Made by a program: the position numbers and the translations under genes. The notes under the pieces were generated by a model, which saw nothing but the letters and a program-made list of their open reading frames with translations, was not told where the DNA came from and searched no databases. From a virus (lineage: Duplodnaviria; Caudoviricetes): a stretch of DNA of 46,651 nt. This document shows, piece by piece, positions 25,577 through 35,700 of the stretch (the stretch's first letter is position 1; every line of letters starts with the position of its first letter). Location: IMG/VR virus record IMGVR_UViG_3300016474_000913, positions 1 through 46,651 of that record; one strand, 5' to 3'.

Positions 25577-25601
25577 CCAACCTCGTAACTTGGGATAAGC
25601 C

Positions 25602-26264
25602 ATGCTGACAAGCCTGGACCAGATCAAGACCTTCTTGAACATCCCGAGTTCCGATACCACGCAAGACCGTCAACTTTCCGGGCTCCAGATTGCCGCCGAG
25701 GCGCTGATACTCTCTCGCCTCAAACGCAACCTGGAGCCTGCCACTTACACCGAGTATTATTCCGGAAACTCCCAAAAATACCTGACCCTGCGTAACCGTC
25801 CCGTGACCTCCGTCACCGCTGTCTACGAGGACTTCCAGGCCTTCGACGGCTCCAACCCCTCCGCCTTCGGACCCGCCACGCTCCTCCAGCCCGGCATCCA
25901 CTACTCCCTGGACATCGACGAATCCACCAGCACCTCAAAGTCCGGCCTCCTGGTCCGCCTCAACGGCGTGTGGCAAGAGATAGGACGGGTTTACTTCCCG
26001 GGCAAACTGTCCGCCGAGGTTGGTCCCACCCACGGCAACATCAAGGTGGTCTACACCGCCGGCTACGAGACCATTCCCTCGGACATCGAATTTGCCGTCT
26101 GCCTTGCTGTCTCCTCGATGCGCCGCAACGTCGGCAGCGGCGGCAACGTGACCTCCGAGAAGATCGGGGACTACCAGTACACCCTGTCCGACCGCAACGG
26201 CTCTGATCCCCTGATTGCCTCCATCAACCAGATCCTCAGCCGCTATGCGGAGGTCGGACTCTAA
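25602..26264 (+). CDS. Head-tail adaptor (gp6/gp15-like)
   Basis: LTSLDQIKTFL, RPVTSV, VVYTAGY..IP.DI, SEKIGDY. Confidence 0.8.
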   Translation: MLTSLDQIKTFLNIPSSDTTQDRQLSGLQIAAEALILSRLKRNLEPATYTEYYSGNSQKYLTLRNRPVTSVTAVYEDFQAFDGSNPSAFGPATLLQPGIHYSLDIDESTSTSKSGLLVRLNGVWQEIGRVYFPGKLSAEVGPTHGNIKVVYTAGYETIPSDIEFAVCLAVSSMRRNVGSGGNVTSEKIGDYQYTLSDRNGSDPLIASINQILSRYAEVGL

Positions 26265-26602
26265 TGCTCGCCAACCACCTACTGAACACCACCGTGACGC
26301 TCGAAAGGCCCGCCGTCACCATCGACGAGTCCTCCGGCGCCAAGCGGGAGACCTGGAACCCGGTCACCGGCAGCACCAACGTCCCTGCCTCTGTTCAGCC
26401 CGTGAACTCCCAGGTCCGTTATGCCCTGGCTTCCCGCCAGATCACCATCACGCACCGCATCTTTACAAACAGGGACCTCGGACCCAAGCGAGGCGACCGC
26501 ATCCTCACCGCTTCCGGAACCTATTACCTGGTCACCGGCTTCTTCAACCAGGCCGGACGCAACCAGGTTTACATGATTGAGGGAAGGGAGGTCACCGCCT
26601 AA
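26264..26602 (+). CDS. Head-closure protein (gp16-like)
   Basis: Size, gene order, THRIF...GDRI. Confidence 0.65.
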   Translation: MLANHLLNTTVTLERPAVTIDESSGAKRETWNPVTGSTNVPASVQPVNSQVRYALASRQITITHRIFTNRDLGPKRGDRILTASGTYYLVTGFFNQAGRNQVYMIEGREVTA

Positions 26603-27309
26603 TGCCTCTTGCATCCCCTGGCATGACCCTGTCCCGTACCAGCCGCACCTCCTTCACGGCCAACCTGACCGTGCCCAACGGCATCCTGGCCGACCTGTAT
26701 GTCCGCAACACGGTTTCCGACCTGGACGGATACTCCTTTTACGCCAGCCGCACCGGTCCCGGCCAGATTGTGGTTTCTTCTCGAATCCCCTACTCCTACC
26801 AGTTTGCGTACGCTGTGGCCCGGGACAACAATGGCGGTCTATCCCTGCCCACCTTTGGTTCCGTAGACCTTAATGTTTCGGATTCCCTGAACAGCGCCAT
26901 TCGCAAGTACTGGTACTCAACACCCGATCTCACCGCCAAGTTTAAGGGAGGACTCTTTGTCAACGAGGTGCCCGAGAACGTCGACAACAAGCCGCTGGTC
27001 ATGCCCTACTGCATGTTCCGCAACGACCAGTCCGACTTCACCTTTACCATGAGCTTTCAGTACTTTGAATCCAGCGAGGTGGAATTCACGGTGTTTGCGC
27101 CGGGAGCCGCCCTCATCGACGAATGCTTGGACCTGATCCAGAAAAAGTTTGACTTTGTCCAGCTCCCTTTTGCCCAGGAGCAGGAAAGCACCCTGTCCAT
27201 CATGCCGACCAGCCGGTCCATGACCAGCGAAAATTTTCGCTACAAAGACGGCAATTTAATCTTTCGTGGATCGCTAATGTACGATATAGTTATCTCTAGA
27301 GTGCGGTAA
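26602..27309 (+). CDS. Putative tail terminator/neck protein
   Basis: Gene order; C-terminal VPE..MPY..F domain. Confidence 0.5.
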   Translation: MPLASPGMTLSRTSRTSFTANLTVPNGILADLYVRNTVSDLDGYSFYASRTGPGQIVVSSRIPYSYQFAYAVARDNNGGLSLPTFGSVDLNVSDSLNSAIRKYWYSTPDLTAKFKGGLFVNEVPENVDNKPLVMPYCMFRNDQSDFTFTMSFQYFESSEVEFTVFAPGAALIDECLDLIQKKFDFVQLPFAQEQESTLSIMPTSRSMTSENFRYKDGNLIFRGSLMYDIVISRVR

Positions 27310-27313
27310 TCTT

Positions 27314-27913
27314 ATGGCTACAACGGAGCAAACAATGCCAACAACATCAGCTATTGCGGGAGTCCGTGCAGGTTTTAGCTGGGACACCCAAAAAACCACA
27401 AACGTAGGCGTTAATTCCACCAACTCGGGCGGTTTTTCCTACAGTAAATCTTTTCCAAACGGTGGCAACACTCCAGCAGTTGGAACGGTCACAAAATTTT
27501 ACGTGGATCAGTTTGAGCTGGATATTGCAGGATCTGGATCAGGAGCTTCCAAAACTATTGACTTGGTAAGCACCACCCTTTTGGATCCTTTTGGTGACGC
27601 CATTAGCTTTACCAAAATTCGTTATATTTATATCGAATTGGTCTTGGATGACACCAACGTTAGTGACGCCATTTCAGTTGACCTGACAGGCACCAACGTA
27701 TTTGGTTTAAACACTTCAGCCGTAACTTCGGGAAGCACCGCAGTTATGACAATTCAAAAAGGTGGATGTTTCCAGCTTAGCGTTGGAAACGGTCCTGGTA
27801 TTGATACTGCGGATAGCGGTACCACTCCTGGTGGTGACAAAATCATCATCAAGAATACCGACTCCGTAACAGCTCACAAGGCAACGGTACGTATCTGCGT
27901 TGCCGGCATATAA
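27314..27913 (+). CDS. Virion structural protein, function unknown
   Basis: T/G/S-rich beta protein in the tail module. Confidence 0.55.
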   Translation: MATTEQTMPTTSAIAGVRAGFSWDTQKTTNVGVNSTNSGGFSYSKSFPNGGNTPAVGTVTKFYVDQFELDIAGSGSGASKTIDLVSTTLLDPFGDAISFTKIRYIYIELVLDDTNVSDAISVDLTGTNVFGLNTSAVTSGSTAVMTIQKGGCFQLSVGNGPGIDTADSGTTPGGDKIIIKNTDSVTAHKATVRICVAGI

Positions 27914-27949
27914 CTCATTCCCTCCCCAAGCAACTAGGAGTATTTACTC

Positions 27950-28459
27950 ATGGCTCAAATTCAAAATCAGAAAGCCCTTTCCGGTTATCGTGGGCGCGTA
28001 ATGGTTCAAAGTACAGCGGATCAGACAGTTGCCGACACTTCGATTTTGGCCACCAAGTGGTCCCTGACCTACAAGACCGAGCTGCAAGACTGCTCGACCT
28101 TTGAGGAAGTGACTGGTACTGGCAATGGCGCTACTGGAGCTAACACACCCATTAGCCGCTACGTGGCCTCCATGACCGACATGGACGTGTCCATTGACGC
28201 TTTCTACGACGTGAACAATGGCTGGATGCCAACACTTCGTCCCGGCACCGAAATGAAAGCGGTATTGTACATCAACAAGCCTGCTAGTGAAGCTAGTGGC
28301 AATAAAGCCACCACCAACGTGGCAGATACCAGCCCGCCAAGGTACGTGTCCGTCAACTTCATCATCGAAAACGTGACCTACGACGTGGAAGTCCGTGGCG
28401 TGGTGAAGTTCAGTCTGACCGGAAAAGTTTCCGGCGGTACTGCTCTCAGCTTTGTCTAA
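27950..28459 (+). CDS. Major tail tube-like protein 1
   Basis: SGYRGRV, KWSL, IDAFYD, RGVVKFSLTGK. Confidence 0.6.
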   Translation: MAQIQNQKALSGYRGRVMVQSTADQTVADTSILATKWSLTYKTELQDCSTFEEVTGTGNGATGANTPISRYVASMTDMDVSIDAFYDVNNGWMPTLRPGTEMKAVLYINKPASEASGNKATTNVADTSPPRYVSVNFIIENVTYDVEVRGVVKFSLTGKVSGGTALSFV

Positions 28460-28472
28460 CCGTCCTTTTTGG

Positions 28473-28502
28473 CAGAAGCCCCCTGAACCTCAGGGGGTTT
28501 CT
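28473..28502 (+). other. Hairpin between the tail-tube paralogues
   Basis: AGAAGCCCCCTGA-ACC-TCAGGGGGTTTCT. Confidence 0.4.
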
Positions 28503-28521
28503 CCGTATCTAGGGGTTCTAT

Positions 28522-29037
28522 ATGCCTGCCGTTTCCGGTTACCGAGGACGTGTGGAGGTCGACGGCAAAGTATTCCGGGCCAACCGCTGGACCGTGGAGT
28601 ACAGCGTCGAGACCGACGACGCTACTGGAACTTTCGGAGTTCCTGACAGCCCTTTTGATATGTCCGTCAACAGTGGCAAACATCGCTTGCCCGCCAAAAC
28701 CTACTACGCCAAACTGGTGGACATTAGCGTCACCATCGACGCATTCTACGATACTCATCACGGCTACTTCAAAGCTTCCGGTGCAACAGAAGGCTCTGTA
28801 GCCCCGGTTAATGTTTACATGGTTCCCGGAAGAGAAATAAACCTGAAGCTCTATCCTGCTCACGACAAGGGAGGTGGCCTTGTTCAGGGCCCCAGCCTGA
28901 ACCGGGACGGCAGCTACTGGCATTTTCCTACGTTTTTGATACTTACCTGCTCCCATGTTACGGAGGCAAGAGGGGTTGGCAAAATCTCCTTTACAGGTAA
29001 AAATAATAGCAAGGACTACGATTTCGTCAATCTGTAG
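28522..29037 (+). CDS. Tail tube-like protein 2 (paralogue)
   Basis: SGYRGRV, RWTV, IDAFYD, RGVGKISFTGK. Confidence 0.6.
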   Translation: MPAVSGYRGRVEVDGKVFRANRWTVEYSVETDDATGTFGVPDSPFDMSVNSGKHRLPAKTYYAKLVDISVTIDAFYDTHHGYFKASGATEGSVAPVNVYMVPGREINLKLYPAHDKGGGLVQGPSLNRDGSYWHFPTFLILTCSHVTEARGVGKISFTGKNNSKDYDFVNL

Positions 29038-29071
29038 GTTCACTGGGTTCACATTACTCTAGGAGGTTTGA

Positions 29072-29521
29072 ATGGCTGAGATTTCCAAAGCTCTGGGTCT
29101 GGGAAGCACCTTTGAGTTTAACGGCAAGACATACACCTGCTCCCCCTGGACGTACAAGATCCAGGGCGAGTTCGAAAAGTACCTTGAGGACTACGCCATG
29201 CGCACCGCCAAGAAGATGCGCCAGTACCTCACCGAACCCGAGTATGCCGACCTGATCTCCAAAACCCACAAGGACATCGCCGAAGGGTACTATGCCTTTG
29301 GCTCCGAGCCGTGCATGCGGGCCATGCAGACCCTGACGCACTTCAAGAAGATCCTGCACCTCTGTCTCCTGCCGAAGCATCCCGACATGGAAATGCAGAC
29401 GGTGGACGAGCTGGTGCAGAACCGCCTTGAAGAGATGATGGCAAAGATGGGCGAGGCCAATGCGGACCCAAACCAGAATGGTCCGGAGGCGGAGACAGCT
29501 CAGGCCGACGGACAACAGTAA
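29072..29521 (+). CDS. Tail assembly chaperone (gpG-like)
   Basis: Lies between the tail tube and tape measure genes; slippery site near its end. Confidence 0.7.
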   Translation: MAEISKALGLGSTFEFNGKTYTCSPWTYKIQGEFEKYLEDYAMRTAKKMRQYLTEPEYADLISKTHKDIAEGYYAFGSEPCMRAMQTLTHFKKILHLCLLPKHPDMEMQTVDELVQNRLEEMMAKMGEANADPNQNGPEAETAQADGQQ

Positions 29522-29766
29522 CCGGAATATTTGCAGCGCTTGCGAGGGAACCCTTTCTCCTCACCCCTGAGGAGATCGGGAACCTTACGCCGTACCAGGT
29601 CAAAAACATTTACTTCCGTCCCAAAGAAGCGGACGAGCCCGTCGGGCAATACATCGAAGAAAAGGAACTGTTCTGGAAAGTCCACCGGGACTGGAAGAGT
29701 CTTTCCGAAGAGGAGACTCAAGCCCTGTGGGACAAGGAAATGAAGAAACGAGACGCCGGCAACTGA
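29467..29766 (+). CDS. -1 frameshift extension of the tail chaperone (gpGT-like)
   Basis: C CCA AAC heptamer at 29467-29473; -1 frame open to TGA at 29764 (...FAALAREPFLLTPEEIGNLTPYQV...). Confidence 0.7.
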   Translation, partial: PKPEWSGGGDSSGRRTTVTGIFAALAREPFLLTPEEIGNLTPYQVKNIYFRPKEADEPVGQYIEEKELFWKVHRDWKSLSEEETQALWDKEMKKRDAGN

Positions 29767-29779
29767 GAGGAATCTAACC

Positions 29780-32700
29780 ATGGCCGCCCAAGATCCCTAC
29801 GGAGCATCCCACAAGCGTGAACGCCTGATGCAGACCCCCTACACAGGCGTCGAAGCAGTCCGCAAGATCTTGGAAAACTTTGGAGCTATTAACTCCTGGA
29901 TAACACGTTTGGGGGATACACTTTTTTCTGTTTCGGAAGCAGCAACCCGAATTGACTATCAATTTCGTTCGCTGGCAAACTTTATTCAGATGAGCCGTTC
30001 TTCCGGTTCAGGAAGGGGAGCCTCCGGCGGATACAACACTTCTTTTTTCAAAAAAGGCTCTAAAAGCAATCTGGACTCCATGCAAGAGCGTCTGGACGCT
30101 TATGACCTTGAACAGTCCAAGAAAAAAGAAATTCGAGACAAATACTTTCAAAAACAGACCAATGCAGAAAAGCTCAAGGAATACAAATCTTTCCTGAAGC
30201 TTAAGGAAGACTACCAGAAACAAAGCCTCCAAAAAATGCGCATTACTCTCATGGGTTCCTTTGCCTATGAGGAGTTAGCTCGCAAAAAAATTCGTCAGGC
30301 TATTAACGCAAATTCTTCCAGTACTTCCCGTCCTAAGGCTGGAAAAGATTCTTCTGATAAACCTGCCGCTTCTGAATACGTAGCCCAGTATGACAAGGCG
30401 ATGGAAGAATCCCGTAACCGGGGTACAGCAGCCACCGCCACCTTTGATATGGAAACAGCGGCCCCTGAGGGCGTTGATGTCCGCACAGAAGAGTACAAAA
30501 AAGCCGCCGAGATCATTCAGCTTGGAATCGAACTGGGATTTGCCGACGGCAGCAAGAACATCAGCAAGGTTTGGAATTTGCCCAAGGACGTGGCCACCAA
30601 CATGCCCCAGGACTTTGAGGGCACGGGCAAAGACTTTTTTGAAGTTTTGGAAAAAGCTTACAACGCTGCCAACAAGGCGATGCCAGAAGACGTGGCCAAG
30701 GAAATTGCTGAGCTTTCCAAACAGATTGGGGAATTTACCCTGATTGTTGGAAAAAACGCCAAAGGTTTTGACACGGAAATTCTTAACAGCTCCACCTCCA
30801 ATAAGTCCCGCACCCTGGGTGAAGCTATGGAACCCTTTACGGGATCCAAGAATACCCAGCATGACATCGGGGAGATGTACGCGGAGATTTTCAAGAAAGA
30901 GCGTTACCTTTCCGGTGCGAACAATGAGAGCCCCACTTTTCAAAAAATGTGGGCCATGTTGCCCGATGACAAGGCGGCCAACACACCTAGCGATGACTAC
31001 AGCTTTGGGTTGGAGACCATAGCGCAGGCAATGGCTCCCCAGCTTATGGAAAAATTTGGCGTAGATGTCAACAAGGTTGGCTTTCATCAAGCAGACGAAG
31101 ACAACAAGATCTCGGCCATGTTGCACATTCTTGGCGTTGAGATGTTGCGCAACTTGGATAAATCCATTGGAGCCGAGCCACCAGAAACTCCTGCTTCAAA
31201 CTTGGCGGAAGACCCTGAGAAATATGCCAATGCTGTTCAAAACGTTTTAGAAGAGCTCAATAAGAATCTGACTGAACAATTCAAACCCAAAACAAAAAAG
31301 AAGCGCAGAAAGAAAGCCGCTCCTAAGCCTGAGCCAAAAACTCCTCCAGAGGATATCAAACCCGAGCCGGAACCAGAAACAAAACCGGAATCAGAAACAA
31401 AACCAGAGCCTGAAACTAAACCCGAAGAAAAACCAACGGTCGATTCTTCTTCAACCTTAGATACTCCCGCCCCTGTTGCTGAAAAACCAGCTCCTGTAGA
31501 AACTCCAAAAGCGGTTCAAGTTAAACCTAAAGCAAAAAAGTTTAGCTTTGAAAAAGCAATCGAAGATTTTGAAACAGCTTTTGAAAGTTTGTTTGGAGAT
31601 TTTTCTAAACAGTTTAAAGCGTTTGAAGGAAAAGCTCCTTCCAAAAAAGTATCTATTGGTGCCGAGACAACTAAAGAATTTTTGGGATTCCCGAAAGGTT
31701 ATCAGGAAATAATCAGAAAATTTCAAAGACAGTTTAATATTGATCTTTCTAAAATTTCTGATTTTTCTAAATTTCAACTCAAAAAGTTTAAAGAAGGAGA
31801 GACACCTGGCGGAACTTACAACCCTGGTACTAAAGGCATATCTTTATATAGCGGCAAAGATAGATATGAAGAAGAGGTTTTAACTACTTTATTTCATGAA
31901 AGTATACATGCTTTATTTGATAAATTGCGTAAAAGTAGCGGATTAAAAGATATTGGTGGTTTTGCAGAAAGTATGCCTTCTGAGGATTTATTAACAGAGC
32001 CTCAAAAAGAAATTGTCAAAAAATACAAAGAACTTGTTAAAGCTTCTCGTCGTGCAATGATAGCGGCAGTTTCTAAACAAAACTATTTTGGATTTAATGC
32101 GGATACTTTAAGAGCAGCAATAAAAGATTTTAAAAATTTTGGCGACTATTTAAAAAAACCTGAAGAGCAAATTGCATCACTTTTATCTATTCAAGAGTCT
32201 GGTCAGCTTACGCAAACAAATGTTTTTAAAGACATAGATAAAAATAAAAAAGAAAGGGATGCTAAAAATAAAGGAAAAAGTACTGATATAGAAGAAAAAC
32301 AAGAGTATGTAAAACCAGAAGGCTATGCCTCAAAACTTAAAACATTTATCCAAAAAATCCTTCGCCCTGTTCTTTTAGCAGGAACCCTGGCCAGCGGCAT
32401 AGCCATGGGCATGCCTGCCGCCGCTCAGGCAGAGATGCAAAATCAACCTACCCAGTCTCAAAGCGTACAGTCCGAAAAAGGAGGGTACAAGCCTTACGTC
32501 CCTTCCAATAAACCAAGTCCTTATACTACCTCGGAAGAGCAAGACAAAGGATTAACTCATGAAGATAAAGCTTGGAAACATTTTGAACAGTTTGGGTACA
32601 AACAGGGATTTAAAAAACAACCGGCAACCTTGGCCCGATATCTAGTCTCCTTGCAACAGGCGGGTATAGGACAAGATCAAATTAAAGAGATTGAGAAAGA

Positions 32701-35700
32701 ATTTTATCGAATTACCGAATTGTACAAACAAAATGGACAAATAACATCTTCTTCTTATCCCCGAGCAGGCAGAAAAGATGGATTTAACCGTAAGTTAAGT
32801 ACAGGCGAATCAATAGAAGCGAATGCAAACTGGTCAGGGAAACATACCCCTAGCGTGCATTTTCAAAAATATTTGAGTGAAAAGCATCCAAATGTTTCCA
32901 GAAGTATGCCTGTTTATGAGGATAGTGATCATGAGTCTTTTGAAAAGGATTTTAAAGATCAAACTTTCAAAAAAGCAGATACTCTTAAAAGGTCGAGTGA
33001 CGCTGCAACTTGGGACAATCAGTGGTATTCCAACAAAAAATTATCGGACTTTGAAGCTCCGTTTACCAAACCTTCTGTAGCAGAACCACCAAAAGTCGAG
33101 CCTTCTCAACCTACGCCTCCAAAGATGGAAGCTCCCAAGGCGGAAACCCCAAAATCAGCAAATCCGTCTCAGTACAATCGTTCAAGCCTTGAGCCCGGAA
33201 AAGACTACAGCGTCAAAAACTACCGTTTGATAGATGCTGACACGCTGGAAGTTGAGGTTAACGAAAAACCAGGTAAACATTCCATCCGACTTGAAGGTAT
33301 TGACGCTCTGGAAAAAGACCAAGCGGGCGGAACTGAAGCCACCGAAGCTTTACGTCAAATTCTCAAAGGCAAGTCTCAAACCTTCAGAGCTCAAAAGTTT
33401 GATCGTTACGGAAGAACAGTTGCTGGCAATCTGACCGCTGGTGGTCAAGACGTAGAAGCTGAAATGTTACGCCAAGGCCATGCCGTGGTCTACCGTGGCA
33501 AAGGCTTTAACCCCGAAAGAGCTGCTCAGTTAGCTCCGTTAGAGCAACAAGCTAGGGCAGCTAAGTTAGGAATGCACGCTTCCGGAAATGCCATTGACCC
33601 TTTTCAGTTTCGAAGAAACAAAGACAAATCCCAAGCTCAGATACAAGCTGCTGAAACTGGTCATATGCCCGGGATAATTTCCCAACAAGCGGGAACGGTT
33701 ACTGGGAATGCACGAGCAGAAATGGAACAAGTTGCAAATGCCGTGCAGTCCCTAATCAAAGATGTGGTTCAAACAACAGTAGAGGTTCAAAACACCCTAT
33801 CCACTGCCCCTCCAGACTTTATTAAAGACCAAGAAGCTTCCCAACCTTCTACGCCAAGCACTTCAACAGCCGCTCCTCAACTTGCCAAGGATCAAGAGTC
33901 CCTTGAAGAAACCAGTAGAGGGTTTTCCAAAACCTTAAAAACTCTTTTGGGAAATCTTCTTCTAGCCCTTGGCGGAGCAGGCTTAACAGCGGGAGGCATG
34001 ATAATTGCCGGAAGTAAAAAAGACGAAGAGGAAGAAGAAGAGACGGAAAAGTCTCGAAGAGCCCGTGGAATTTTTCCAAGTCGCAAAGAGATTCAAGATC
34101 GCTGGGATAAACGCAAAGCTGACCGACAAAAGCAGTCCGAAGAAGCCAAACCTGAAGAGACCCCACCTCCTGATTTTTACGGACCTAGTCGTCAAGACAA
34201 ATTAAGAGATTTGGCCTTCAAGGATCTTCGCAGAGAAAAACTTGATGAAGATGAAGAAAAGTTTTTAAACGAAGGAAATAATTTTGATGAAGTTTGGAAA
34301 ATTATTGATTCGATAACCGAATTTGAAAAAGATCAAGATTTTAATCAAAAAGCTGCATATACGAAAAATTTAGACATCCAAGCCCTTGGTTTTTCCCACA
34401 ATAGTAAAAACTTTCCTTGGGAAATGACATCTCAAGATTATGTCAGCCAGGAACAAGGCAAATTTTCCGAGGCTATGAAAAGGGGCATGAGTCCTGATCT
34501 AAAGCCTTCTAATAACAAACTTGCGGCAGAGCACTTTGAAATAGTTAAGGAAGCACTTGGCAAGGGATTCCAAGTTCCAGATAACGTTAAAAAAGAGTTT
34601 GAGGAATTTCGCCAAAGGTTGGCAAACATTGTTCAGGAACCCCCTGTTAATCCTGACAGCGCTAAACTTGTCGAAGCAACCAAGGAAGAGGTAAAGCAGA
34701 AAAAACTTCTGAATACCGAAACTAAAAAACAGATCAAAACCATCAAGGAAGGAAACAAGTTAGACCAAGACGCCAATAAGGAAACTAAAAAGGAAATTGA
34801 CCTTAAGGCTGCCGGTTCCAAATCAGCAAGTGACAGTGATCAACCCATCAGCTTCAAGGACGCTATCAAGCAGACCCTGGAAAGAATCACCGGCGCTGCC
34901 TACGTCCCTGAACGAGAGGGTGGTTTAGTCTCCGAGTATGCCGGCAAGGCCAAAGACCTTATGGCCAACTTCTTCAAACCCGGCAAAGAGTTTGATCCTT
35001 ATCTGAAAGCCCGTTTTGGAAAAGGCAAGGAGGAGTCTACCCCATCCGAAGAAAAAACAACTGTCCCTTCAGAGAGCTCAGCTTCTTCGGAAACCATAGG
35101 CTCAGAAGCCTCCCCAACCAGGGAAAACAAAGCCAGCTTTATGCAAAAAGCCAAAGGCAAATACCTTCGCTTTTTAGCCAAAGCCCGGAACACTTACAAC
35201 ACCGTTGATCAAAAAACCTCTTCTTGGGATGAAGCTTTGACCTCAATGGTCGAAAACTTCTTTGGAGGCGGAAAGCCCAAGGAAGATTCCAAGCCCACCG
35301 CAACTTCCAATCCCATGGACGTTGCTTCTGTTAAACGAGATTTAACCAGCGGCAAGGACAACAAGCTGGCCGCCGTGCAAGACGGCGAAGCCATTATCAA
35401 CCCCAAAGCTACTGCCGAAAATAAAGAAGTTTTGGGTGCTATAAATTCTGGTAAGCCTAAAGGATCTTGGGTTAAAAGATTGTTTGGAGGTCGTTTTGCT
35501 AAAGGCGGTATCGTAGGCAGTGTTTTTGGTTCAACCACAGGACGCTCCATCACCGGTGGCAGCGCCCGTCCCACCACCTTTGGAGGACAGTTTTCCGCCG
35601 GCGATCCCCTGGCACCCCTGAAGCTGTGGGTCAAGGACTTTGCCAAGAACACTCAGACCGGATTCCTGGTCAAGAGTTTCATGAACCTGGGCAACGCCGC

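Noticed and set aside
29531-29743. 70-aa ORF listed after the tail chaperone
   Set aside because: Wrong frame; the -1 frame reached from the slippery site is the better candidate.
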